A stretch of DNA of 63,871 nucleotides, filler included, from Octopus bimaculoides (taxonomy: Eukaryota), in NCBI RefSeq assembly GCF_001194135.2. It is 5 parts of 5 records of this genome, joined end to end, with 100 filler letters (N's around TTAATTAATTAA, not from the genome) between each part and the next. Parts side by side here need not be neighbours in the genome. Positions count along the whole stretch, not along the records: positions 27,027 to 51,423 come from NC_069004.1; 4 more parts are not named here. One strand, written 5' to 3'. Positions 29,280-41,600 of the stretch are shown in pieces (the stretch's first letter is position 1; each line of letters opens with the position of its first letter). The position numbers were made by a program, and so were the translations under genes. Below the pieces are notes generated by a model. It had not been told where the DNA came from and did no database searches. It saw only the letters and a program-made list of their open reading frames with translations.

Positions 29280-29700
29280 ATAGACTTCCGTACAGACCGG
29301 AATATGTCTCTTTACACACAAAAGATAACGACAGCTAAAGAGGGAATACTACTGCCTGTTCTAAAACTTTTTAAGTGGAACTTATCTATGAAGTGCTTTT
29401 ATTAATATCTATATTTAGCTGACAAATATATCTCGCTTATAAAGACAGCTATTAATTTCAGTTTTACGTTCTTATCGGTTCAATATAGCCAAATCTTTGT
29501 GTATTGTTGGGCGGAGGTAAAGAATACGTATGCCACCCGTTTTCAACCTAACCCTAAGTACCGGGTGTACGTATTCTTTGCTTTCGCCTGTGTTTGTTGA
29601 TCAAATGTTTTTATTTTCTATTGGTATTTTGTTGCACTTCCGGCCAAGGTTATGCTGACATTGTCACAGTTTACATTACAGCTGAGATGAATTGCGAGAT
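29280..29700 (+). promoter_or_regulatory. Candidate promoter at the 5' edge of the CpG-depleted gene domain
   Basis: GC box GGGCGG at 29509-29514, ETS-type CACTTCCGG at 29635-29643 and ACTTCCG near 29284. CpG-containing sequence ends just downstream. Confidence 0.35.
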
Positions 29701-30871
29701 TTCTTGTAAAATGGAGTCAAGTTGGATTTGAACCCGAGATATGTATCTGTTGATATATTATCTCAGGTTAAATATCAAATGTTAAAACTTTGTTACCGTT
29801 GTACAGAAATAAAATTAATATGTTGTTCCCAGACCATTCTGAAAATGTTAGCCTTATTCAAAAGAAGTAGAATGTTAGTATCAGATAGGAATAACATCAA
29901 AATAGTTTCATTTCATCATACCCTCTGACCTGTATTGCACTATTGAAATTTCTTAACATTTCAAAGAAGTTATGTGATGAAGAAAAAAATTTTGTTTCGT
30001 TTTTTCTTCAATTCTCAACATATATGGACAGTTTCTATTTACTGAAGAGAGATTAACTATTAAAAAAAAATGACTACATCTCAAAATTTTTAGGCTTACA
30101 TTCATAATTGTCTCTGACAAAACCCATAGCATCATGTCTTTTAGTGGTGTATATACATCAGATATGGTAAATGGATGGCTATTTTGAATTTCATGCTGTT
30201 TCAGTTGCATTCACTGAGTTTTATTCAGCCTGGCAATCTTTCTGCAAAATCAGTGAATCATTATATTCTCATAAGTCAGTATTGGGATGATATTTGCTTC
30301 AATCTGATATGTATTGTGCTTTTAACTCAATAAGTCTATGAAGAGATTTCCTCTCAGACAAAAACTACTGCATCTTGTCTCTCAATGGTGTATATATACA
30401 TTAGGTATAGTAGACAGCTATTAAAATTCTGATCTTCGCATAATTATTGCTAACAAATGAAATACATATTTTAAAATGTCAGGTAATCCCATAAGTAATG
30501 TCCAAATTTTGGGTAAGGAAAAAAAAGTGATCAAATTTTACATTTTATTAAATATTCCTATCATTATTTATAATTCCTACCCTTATTGATGATTCCATCC
30601 ATCTACTCATCAGTTTTTTAATTTCACTGATGAAAAACTCTTTTGGCTTTGAATGCGCCTTCCATAAATCCATCTTCAAGGGGTAAATATTAGTAATGAA
30701 CTCAGATTATTCTGTAAATAGAAATTATATCAAGTAAAACATTTACAAATTCATACGAGTCTCAATCATTACCATTTGACATTTTAGAATACTGTAAAAT
30801 TTGATAGAAATTACATATTTGATATTTCGGACATAATTTACAGGATGACCAGACATTTCAATTTCTTACAG

Positions 30872-30963
30872 ATTAAACTATCAAATTATGGCTACTAAGT
30901 CAGAGCAAATTTTGAAAGAGAGATCTTGTGAAAATGTCACATTCTATAATGATATTAAAAAAG
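30872..30963 (+). CDS. Candidate upstream exon of the myosin gene (ATG at 30888: MATKSEQILKERSCENVTFYNDIKK)
   Basis: Good acceptor tttcaatttcttacag| and donor aag|gtaaga, open frame. It ends in phase 1, so it cannot join exon A (phase 0) directly. No recognisable homology. Confidence 0.35.
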
Positions 30964-31414
30964 GTAAGATACAATATTGACATAGAAATAATTTATATAG
31001 CCATATACATTATTGTTAATTTAGTTCAAATTCATTATGTATCGAAATAGTTGCCATAATTTTAAGAGAGGCACCAGGCAGTGAAATAACCAATTAGATA
31101 AAAATGTTGGAAACTAATTGGGTCATTTCAAAACTATTGGACAACAGCAATAACTGCAAGATGTGGTAGTGAAACATTTTGGTGAAATTTCACTTTTCTC
31201 TTCCTATCCATGAGCAGATTAATCTCTTTTCCAGATAATCTGTATAGAAATAAGTTAACTGCTGTCCCTTCTACCTAGGAATCTTCAAGCATCACTTCAC
31301 TTATTGCTTAGGAATGGTTACTAGGTATAAAGGGAATGGTACTTGTGAAAGACTCACTTATCAACATATAAATATATTCATGCTAGCATGGAAAGCGGAC
31401 GTTAAACGATGATG

Positions 31415-31632
31415 ATGAATTCTTTCTTATTCTGGCATGAGGCCAGCATATTTGAGGGGTGAGGAAGTAGATTACATCAACCCTAATATTCAACTAGTAC
31501 TTATCTTAGCAAAACTGAAGGGATGAAAGCGAAATCAACCTTGGCAGAATTTGAACTCAGAATGTAGAGAAGGATGAATTACCACTAGGTATTTTATCTG
31601 GTCATGCTGACAATTCTGCCAGCTTACCACCT
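31415..31632 (-). mobile_element. SINE family C, CpG-decayed
   Basis: AACCTTGGCAGAATTTGAACTCAGAATG. Confidence 0.75.
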
Positions 31633-31642
31633 CATATGTATA

Positions 31643-31683
<41 letters not shown>

Positions 31684-33394
31684 GGCACAGGAGTGGTTGT
31701 ATGGTAAGAAGCTTGCTTCCTGCACATGCGTTGGTCAGTGTTTTTTTTGCACTGCAAGGAGTCACGTCGCTGTACACTAACGTTGTGAATTACTGAACAA
31801 GTGAAGCACAACTACAAGGTAAGGCATTTGTTTTTTTGCGGGATACAGTGGAGGTTTGCTCATGTTTATTTATTTTTGTCGAACAAGAAACCTCCACTGG
31901 GTTCCTGGCAAATTGTCTGCCTGTAGTTGTGTTTAAAGTCTCACTTAGTGGTGAGAAGTGTGTTTTGGAGGCGTATCCCTCCTACTATAATTGTGCTTAT
32001 TTTTTACCATTTTTTGGTGAAATTGTTGTGTAATTGTTTTGTGTCCTTACCAAGAGGATTTCCGAGTTGGCCAGGAGTACCAGGATGGCCAGAATAGTTT
32101 GCTGTGTTTTGGAACTGTTTCCTGTCTTCTTCCTTCCTTCCTGTATTTTTGTTTTTTTTTAACTCTATGAACTTTTGTTTTTTGTGAACTTTTTCCCACC
32201 CACCCCCAAGTGTTACCAGTGCCTAGAACCAGGCCACATCAAAAAGAACTGTCTCCAGGGCCAGAGTAGGGTCCTGGAACAGTTGGTTGTGGAAGACCCT
32301 CCTCCAGAGAAGTGAGTATATCAGAGAAAGATGTGGTAGGGAGGTGTGGACAAAAATAGTTTAGAGTAAAAACAGCAAGAGTTGAGATAATTCTGACAGA
32401 ACTTGATTTGGGATGGAAGGGAGATATGGCATACTTCAAGAGTGAAGTGCAGTATGCATATGTCTGCATATGCAACTCTGGGTATGTAATTGTACATTAT
32501 ACATATATACAATCATGTATATACATATATTTCTAAAAACATGTTCTTATCTTTGGACACCAGGATCTGGACATTAAAGTTGGGTGTGGCTGATATGTTC
32601 TACTTCTATAAAAAAAAACTAAAACAGCATGCATGGTTAAGGTGTGTATCACCATTTTAAATACAGACACACCACAACTTTGTCTGTGTACATGTTGGCA
32701 GAGATTGTTCCCAGCATGAGCAGAGGAAAGAAATGATACACAAAGTATGTGAATGCATCTACAATGAAATCCTACTGAAATTGAAAAACCTGCAACTTGG
32801 GCTAATTAAGGAACCCTACATATCAAGAATCACCCTGGCCACTAAGAGCACAAGTCCTCACCCAACTGTTGTTCTTTAGACTACAAGCTTAGTGTAGGTC
32901 TTTCCACCCTAACCACTTTTGCCAGTCACCCACCTTTTCACATATTCAGTAGAAGAGAGCACTTCTCTTTCCACGTGAAACTTAACCCATTACCTACCAG
33001 TGATCTCATATGAGATCACTTAAAAATTACAAATTTCGTAATTATCTGTCAATATTTACACATACCTAACCTTTTTGCTATATCTTCTAGGTATATTTCT
33101 CTGATATTCAAATGAGGTTTGCTAATTCTTCACCCAATATCTCGCTTATTTCTATTTTAAATGTTATTTTGAAATGTGATTTTGATCATTCCAGTGTGTT
33201 TCTAAGGCTGTTTTATGCTAGAAATCAANNNNNNNNNNNNNNNNNNNNNNNNNNNNNNNNNNNNNNNNNNNNNNNNNNNNNNNNNNNNNNNNNNNNNNNN
33301 NNNNNNNNNNNNNNNNNNNNNNNNNNNNGCTGCAATTGTTTTCATTCCAGCACATGATCTCAGATCAGGTCACTTGCTGTGCAAGTACATCTCC

Positions 33395-33428
<34 letters not shown>

Positions 33429-33551
33429 CGTGTGTAACATGTACAATGCTTTCACTAAATGTTCTAGGTGAACACATGGATTATACATGCTTTCATACAT
33501 ATTCATTCTCTTCTGTGTATATATATTTGCTTTACTTTCTGTATTCAACAG

Positions 33552-33721
33552 ACATGGCTTGGTCCATCTTTAATCATCATAAATCCTTACTCAAATGCCA
33601 TAAAATCTAGCTCGGAGCAAAACCCAGATGATAACAGCAGCTGTCGGCTCCTCAGACATAAAGTAACAGAAGTTCTGCAGGAACTCTTTCAGACAAAACT
33701 CCCTCAGACTTTCATTTTGCG
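33552..33721 (+). CDS. dachs: Myosin exon A (TWLGPSLIIINPY...PQTFILR)
   Basis: caacag| acceptor, phase 0; cg|gttggt donor, phase 2; matches the myosin TY.G.ILxxxNPY motif. Confidence 0.85.
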
Positions 33722-33954
33722 GTTGGTATTACTCTGTTTTCTATTATATGTATATATGTGACTACGTACGTCCGTATGTATGTATGTCTGTCTGTATGTA
33801 TGTATGTATGTATGTATGTATGTATGTATGTAGCTTTGTATGCATGTATGTATCTTTGTTTATATGCATGTATATATGTATTTACATATGTTGATGTGTA
33901 TATATCTAAATGTGTATGTAGGTATGTATCATTAAATGTATGGATGTACGTACA

Positions 33955-33993
<39 letters not shown>

Positions 33994-34469
33994 GGTTTAG
34001 ATATAGATTCAAGGTTGAATATGGTACTTATGCGTAGGCACCCAAATATCGTATCCCAAAAGGATAGGTGATCAAAATCAAAAAATAAGCAACACGGGTT
34101 TCAAAGGTGATTGCAGTACGCACGTTTCATGCTACTCCAATTTATTTAAGTAATGTGAGCATTACATTAAATGCAATATGAAGAGCAATCTTCAGCTGCA
34201 TGAAAATGCAGAAAATTACTGTAGAAAGGACATATTGTAAATGTGGCAACATTTCAAATCCAAGTGGGAGAGAGAATACNNNNNNNNNNNNNNNNNNNNN
34301 NNNNNNNNNNNNNNNNNNNNNNNNNNNNNNNNNNNNNNNNNNNNNNNNNNNNNNNNNNNNNNNNNNNNNNNNNNNNNNNNNNNNNNNNNNNNNNNNNNNN
34401 NNNNNNNNNNNNNNNNNNNNNNNNNNNNNNNNNNNNNNNNNNNNNNNNNNNNNNNNNNNNNNNNNNNNN

Positions 34470-34515
<46 letters not shown>

Positions 34516-35452
34516 GCATACAAAGATATTATACATGCATACAAAGATACATACATACATATATATATATGCCTGTATGTGTGTGTGTGTGTATGTATGT
34601 GTCTACATACACGTGTAATTATATATGTATTTATGTATGTATCTACATATGTTTGTTGTTAAGTATGTTTGTATGTATCACATCTTGCTGAAAGGTGAGG
34701 CCCTTCAATGAGAAAGGAATCAAGTAGTATGCAGACCATTAGAAACAACACACCAGTTTATAAAAGTGGATGGAAGTGTTTTTTCTCACAAGAACATATT
34801 CTTGCTTTCTGTAATGGTTTCAAATTTTGGCGCAGAGCCAGCAATTTTAGGGGAGGGTTAAGTCACATCAACCCCAGTATTCAACAGGTACTTATTTTAT
34901 CATCCCTCCTCCTACAAAAAGAAAAATAATGACAAAAAGTCGACCTCAGCAGAATTTGAACTTAGAATGTGAAGATAGATGTAATGTTGCCAAACATTTT
35001 GCCCAGGATCCTAACTTTTCTGACAGTTCACCACCTTTGGGTCTAACAATAATAATAATTTTAATAATCCTTTCTACTCTAGGCACAAGGCTTGAAATTT
35101 TGGGGGCTGGAGTAAGTCGATTACATCAACTTTAGTGTTCAATGGGTATTTATTTTATCAACCCCAAAAGCATGAAAGACAAAGTCCATCTCAATGGAAT
35201 TTGAGTTTAGAACATGAAGATGGATGAAATGCAGTTAAGCATTTTGCCCAGTTAGCTCATGATTTTGCCAGCTCACCAACATATTGCTTTCTATTGAACA
35301 GTCTATTGTTTCGGTTAGCTTCAGTGCAGTGGTAGTAAGGAACAGTCAAACCAAAGCATTGATGGTTCAAATCCATATGTCTTGGATCTTCCTGACAGTA
35401 TATGTATGTATGTATGTATGTATGTAGCTGTATATATATCTATGTATGTAGC

Positions 35453-35506
<54 letters not shown>

Positions 35507-35621
35507 TTGCAAGATTTTAGCAGAGTTCAAGGTCAATCTGTGCCAAGCAGCTTCACTGCTTGCTTTAGCTCTGTCACTATGCCAACAGTCTGGATATTTA
35601 TTGATCAGACCATGTATATGC

Positions 35622-35659
<38 letters not shown>

Positions 35660-38600
35660 GTAGCTATGTATCTACACACATGTGGGTAAGTATGCATATA
35701 CATGGTCTGATCAATAAATATCCAGACTGTTGGCATAGTGACGGAGCTAAAGCAAGCAGTGAGGCTGCTTGGCACAGATTGACCTTGAACTCTGCTGTAC
35801 ATGCACACTAAGTTTTAACATTCTAGCTCACTTCTACTGTCTACAGCACCACTTAGTATGAAGGTGTGTAGCGTGTGATCGTCACATTGACCACGACAGA
35901 GCAAGTTGAGCAGAGAATCTAAATCAAATTTTACCAACAGCTTGCTCACAAGCCGATGCAAAGTTTTCAAAAATTTTTATCATTTTTGACACAATCAAGG
36001 AGATTTTGTACAACTGAAACTCAAGTGTATTTTTGGTCATTTACATATGTAAATAAATATATGTGTATATACATACAAGTGGAGGCGCAATGGCCCAGTG
36101 GTTAGGGCAGCGGACTCGTGGTCATAGAATCGTGGTTTCGATTCCCAGACCGGGCGTTGTGAGTGTTTATTGAGCGAAAACACCTAAAGCTCCACGAGGC
36201 TCCGGCAGGGGATGGTGGCGAACCCTGCTGTACTCTTTCACCACAACTTTCTCTCACTCTTACTTCCTGTTGTTTCTGTTGTGCCTGTAATTCAAAGGGT
36301 CAGCCTTGTCACACTGTGTCACGCTGAATATCCCCGAGAACTACGTTAAGGGTANNNNNNNNNNNNNNNNNNNNNNNNNNNNNNNNNNNNNNNNNNNNNN
36401 NNNNNNNNNNNNNNNNNNNNNNNNNNNNNNNNNNNNNNNNNNNNNNNNNNNNNNNNNNNNNNNNNNNNNNNNNNNNNNNNNNNNNNNNNNNNNNNNNNNN
36501 NNNNACACACACACACACACACACATACATCTATCTCACCCAGGGACACAGGTATTTTTCAGTCCCCTCTGCTGGGTGGTTGGTGTTGGGAAGGGCATCC
36601 ATCTGTAAAAATGAATAAGTCCTGAGGTCGATTTGTTTGACTAAAGGCGGTGCTCCAGCATGGCCACAGTCAAATGACTGAAACATGTAAAAGAATATGT
36701 ACAATCTTTCTCTCTAACTTTGCTCTCTTTTCCATGTCTCCATTATTATTCTAGAGGTGAGAGCGGCAGTGGAAAAAGCTACAATGCCAAACAGATCCTG
36801 TACAGTTTATTCTCCCAAACTAACCAGGGCTTGTCCCGTTCCAGTTGTTTTACCAAAGTTACAGCAGCACTGACCGTTCTGTGTTCTTTTACCAATGTCT
36901 CCACCAAATTTAACTCTGATAGCAGTCGTGTGGTCAGTTTTTTTCATTTTATTTCTACTTCATTTTACAATCTTTATGAAGCATAAAGATTGAGTTGGTT
37001 ATTCCTATATTCACACCTAAGCATATGAGTACACTTCATTGAACTTCCAATTTTAAATATGAATTCCTTATTGTTTCAAGGGAAAGTGCGTGACTTTAGT
37101 GGTTAAGATAATCAGCCCATTATAGTCAGTTAATTTATAACCACATATTTGCACTACCTCTCAACCTTATCACATCTCTCCCCCTCCTCTACTTAGCATG
37201 GCCATTTGCTTCCAACGCATATATTGCTGTATTCATTATCTTGCACTTCACCCTCACCCCACCCTAGTCTTACTAACTGGTAATTTTAATGCACTTATTG
37301 CACATACAGTCGCTATCATACACACAACCTTCTTTATACCATGCCACTTAGAATCTCCCGCTTCCCTACCCTTGCTGTCACTAACCACACCTTTCTTCGC
37401 TAACCACTCTATCTTCTTCTAACTCTAGAAATGTATATATATCTAACCTTTGCCATAACTGCTTGTATCTAACCTCATTATTATGGTCTTGTTTTCTTCT
37501 GCCTCTCCTCTTTTGAACTTTCCTCTATATCTTACACTAGTAGTAGCAAATTGACTCTAGGACTTATTCTTTGTAAGCCTAGTACTTATTCTATTGGTCT
37601 CTTTTGCTGAACTGCTAGGTTACAGGGGACAGCAATATGTGGCAAATTGTTTTGCTCAAGAACACACCACCCAGCCTAGGAATTGAAATCACAATCACTA
37701 GATCATGAGTGCAACACCCTAACCACTAGGCAGTATGCTTTCGCTAATGATAATAATAATAATAATAATAATAATATGGCTCTCATAGCTTCTGATCTTA
37801 ACTGATTGGAAGTGTTATCATGTGTTTATTTTATCTGGGTATAAAAGTTGAGTACTGGGGTTGATGTAATCAACTCACCCCCTTTCCCAAAGTTGCTGAC
37901 CCTATGCGAACATTTGAACCCAATATTCTTATGATTATCAATATTTAACACAGCAATTTAGTTTGTCTTTACATTCTGAGTTCAAATTCCAACAAGGTTG
38001 ACATTGCCTTTCGCTCCTTTCAGGGCAGATAAAATAAGTACCAGTCCAGTACTGGGGTCAATATAATTGACTGGCCCTCTCCTCACAAAAAATTTGGTGT
38101 TTTTTGCCTATAATAGAAAGGATTATTTGACAGCAACTTTGCTGGGGAATGAAACAAAGTGTTCACAACCTGTGGACTAAAGTACTATCTATGCTTCATT
38201 CAGATTTGGAGAAATCTGCAGAGGATTTTGTGCAGTTCCAAGTAATACCATTTTCTGTAGATGCTCTGTATTCACATTAACAATCCAGTTTATTGAGCTT
38301 GGTATCATAATTCCCAAAGCTCCATCAGCCGCAGATTTCACACTCATTTCCTTCAATGATCACAGACTTTGCATTTCCTGTTTCAAATCATCATATCTAA
38401 CCTGCTTCTCTTCTCTTTCTGACACTGTGTCATCACCAAGACATGTCTTGGTGATGACACAGTATCAGAAAGAGAAGAGAAGCAGGTTAGATATGATGGT
38501 GATGACACAGTGTCAGAAAGAGAAGAGAAGCAGGTTAGATATGATGATTTGAAACAGGAAATGCAAAGTCTGTGATCATTGAAGGAAATGAGTGTGAAAT

Positions 38601-41600
38601 TTGCGGCTGATGGAGCTTTGGGAATTATGATACCAAGCTCAATAAACTGGATTGTTAATGTGAATACAGAGCATCTACAGAAAATGGTATTACTTGGAAC
38701 TGCACAAAATCCTCTGCAGATTTCTCCAAATAAACAGGTTTTTTTCTGTTTATTACAACCACTATATCTGGCTTTATTGAAATTATTATTATTTTAAAGG
38801 TTGCTTCTGATGTTCAATGCACAAGTTCTTGCTGTCTTCTTTTCAGAATTTTATTTTTGGATATCCTGAGAAACACAGAATTTAGTGCCTGAGAAATTAG
38901 ACTTATTTTGAGATAAATTTTGGTTGCTGATTCTAAATATGCCATCATTTTTTCCCATCAGCTCTGATTATCAAGATTTGTTATACCCCTAAATACTACA
39001 AATATAATCAATCATGCTCAAGGATTGATTACTACAAATCATTACTTCTCTTCAGACCATTGGTATGCCAAACTTCCAACATTTCCTTTTGTCATTAGTC
39101 CACTGTTGCAGGTGCTCAGCACAAGTTTTACAGGCAATGAGTGGATCCCATGTCTTACCTTAGGTCCCTAGTTGTATTTTGAAATAGTTTAAGTAAGCTT
39201 TTTTCACAAAATTAGAAAAGGGTTTTCTCTGTTCCTTGAATGTGTACTCTCCATAAATATATTTCAGAAAGAATCTAGATGATTTTGTTGTTTTGGGAGA
39301 GTCATTATGCCAGTATTATTATCACACACACACTGGTTCAATTCTACTCCTTTAATATTAGTCAATTGGTTAAAAATGCAACTAATTAATTGATTGCTCG
39401 TTTAATTTGGTTTAAGCATTTTATTCATGAGGAAGCCATGAATTGGAAGCTGAAAGGATTAAAACAAAAAAGTCTGAGAATGAGAGAAGTAAATTTAGGT
39501 TGACTGATGTAAGATTAGTAGTGTTGAGATCACTAACAATCAACATTTCAGCTACTGTTACCATGTGTGACAAAAGCGTTTTCAATAAAAATAAAATGAG
39601 AATTACACAGCAATTGAATGACAATCCCATGTAATGCTGTGACACACTCAGGCTTACTTGTTTATGACAGCCCTTCAAAGATGATGTTGGTATCAATTCA
39701 AGGCATTCATCCTCCACGACTTCCAATTAACAACCAGGGCCTCCAAATGATTGGGAGGGACACTGCATAAAATGAGAGACCAGTTTAGATAATCATGAAA
39801 ATGAAGTTTTGGACATCCATGAAGCCTCCTTCTAGTCTCAGTCTTGCTGAAGAGGACCATCTTGGGAAGCTGGTTACCCAGTATTTGAATCACATGAACA
39901 ATCCAACAGAGAAGATGAAGGATGCAGATCTCAACACTATAAATCCAGGCCCTCTAGAGGATTTTGGTATGAGGTATCTTGTCCTTCTAAATGAGACAAA
40001 GGATACTTTGGAACAATCTGATATGGAACCCTTCCAGTTGTCTAATCTGGTGTTGATAAAGGGTCCAACACTCAGACCTGTACAGGAAGGTGGGTACACA
40101 GTGAACGTGATAAACTGAGATTTTTGTACTTGCTCTGAGGCCCTTCTTCAGAAAGACTCCTTCACTGAGTCGCCTGTTAGGTGCAGAGGCCAAGTTGATT
40201 GGACAGAGTATCTCCTCATTGAGTGTTTGAGATAGCAGATTGAATCCACATGCAATAGAAGAGTGTCATCAAAAAGAACAGGCTGAGTGGGATGTGACAT
40301 TTATTGTCACATTATCTCGTAAACATTTATTGTCACATTATCTCATAAACATTATCTCATAAACATTTATTGTCACATNNNNNNNNNNTTGTCACATTAT
40401 CTCGTAAACATTTATTGTCACATTATCTCGTAAACATTTATTGTCACATTATCTCATAAACATTTATTGTCATATTATCTCGTAAACATTATCTCGTAAA
40501 CAATTGTGTCAAGGCCGACAAGAAGCGGTCCAGCTTCCTAGGGCTAAACGGCAGTAGTGTGTTCCCTTATTGGGATTGTCACATTAAGTTGACAATATAC
40601 TACAACTTTGTCGCTCCACTACTGCTTAAATCTCTCTGAGAGATTTAGAAATATTATATTTCAAANNNNNNNNNNNNNNNNNNNNNNNNNNNNNNNNNNN
40701 NNNNNNNNNNNNNNNNNNNNNNNNNNNNNNNNNNNNNNNNNNNNNNNNNNNNNNNNNNNNNNNNNNNNNNNNNNNNNNNNNNNNNNNNNNNNNNNNNNNN
40801 NNNNNNNNNNNNNNNNNNNNNNNNNNNNNNNNNNNNNNNNNNNNNNNNNNNNNNNNNNNNNNNNNNNNNNNNNNNNNNNNNNNNNNNNNNNNNNNNNNNN
40901 NNNNNNNNNNNNNNNNNNNNNNNNNNNNNNNNNNNNNNNNNNNNNNNNNNNNCAATTGTGTCAAGGCCGACAAGAAGCGGTCCAGCTTCCTAGGGCTAAA
41001 CGGCAGTAGTGTGTTCCCTTATTGGGATTGTCACATTAAGTTGACAATATACTACAACTTTGTCGCTCCACTACTGCTTAAATCTCTCTGAGAGATTTAG
41101 AAATATTATATTTCAAATTTATTGTCACATTATCTCAGAAACCATATTTTTGTTCAGTGGTGTAAACATAATTAGAATCGTCTCTAAAATTGAAGCATCA
41201 AAAAATTTGTTTAAAATTTATTCCCTAGTGTAATATAAGCTGACTGTTTATTTTGTGGCTGACTGTTTATTTTGTGGCTGACTTTTCAGTTGATACATTT
41301 CCTTTCCTAGTTGTCCTTAACAACATCTGCAACTTAACCTGACACTGTGTATTGCCCTTTCCCACTATGATCATTTTATCACATCTTCAAGATGTTTTCT
41401 GCTGTAAGCGACGGAGTGTCAACAACAATCTGTATATATAAAAGGCAGGGTGTGTGTGTGTGTGTACGTGAATGTAATTTATGCATGTCCACAAATTAGC
41501 ATGCATGTCGCTCCAATTTTAGGAGGACATTCCGTCACAACCCTAGCTGTATCTTCATCAAATTATTCCCCCCCCCCCCGAGGCACCCACATGTTTAGAT

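Noticed and set aside
10076-30899. Two candidate exons both starting MATK
   Set aside because: They are on different scaffolds and share nothing beyond four codons; treated as coincidence.
33091-33386. Open frame VYFSDIQMRFANS... after a good acceptor, and a short exon-like segment after the 100-N gap, as the missing myosin N-terminal exon
   Set aside because: IQMRF resembles the myosin L..RF motif, but no donor gives the phase 0 join to 33552, and the 33229-33328 gap hides the decisive sequence. Left unresolved.
36079-36150. tRNA-like sequences (also near 5930, 18650, 47695, 48291)
   Set aside because: They are SINE heads that continue into repeated non-tRNA bodies, with no complete cloverleaf or terminator.
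40297-40500. CRISPR-like periodic repeat
   Set aside because: The units are tandem with no unique spacers, and the context is eukaryotic.
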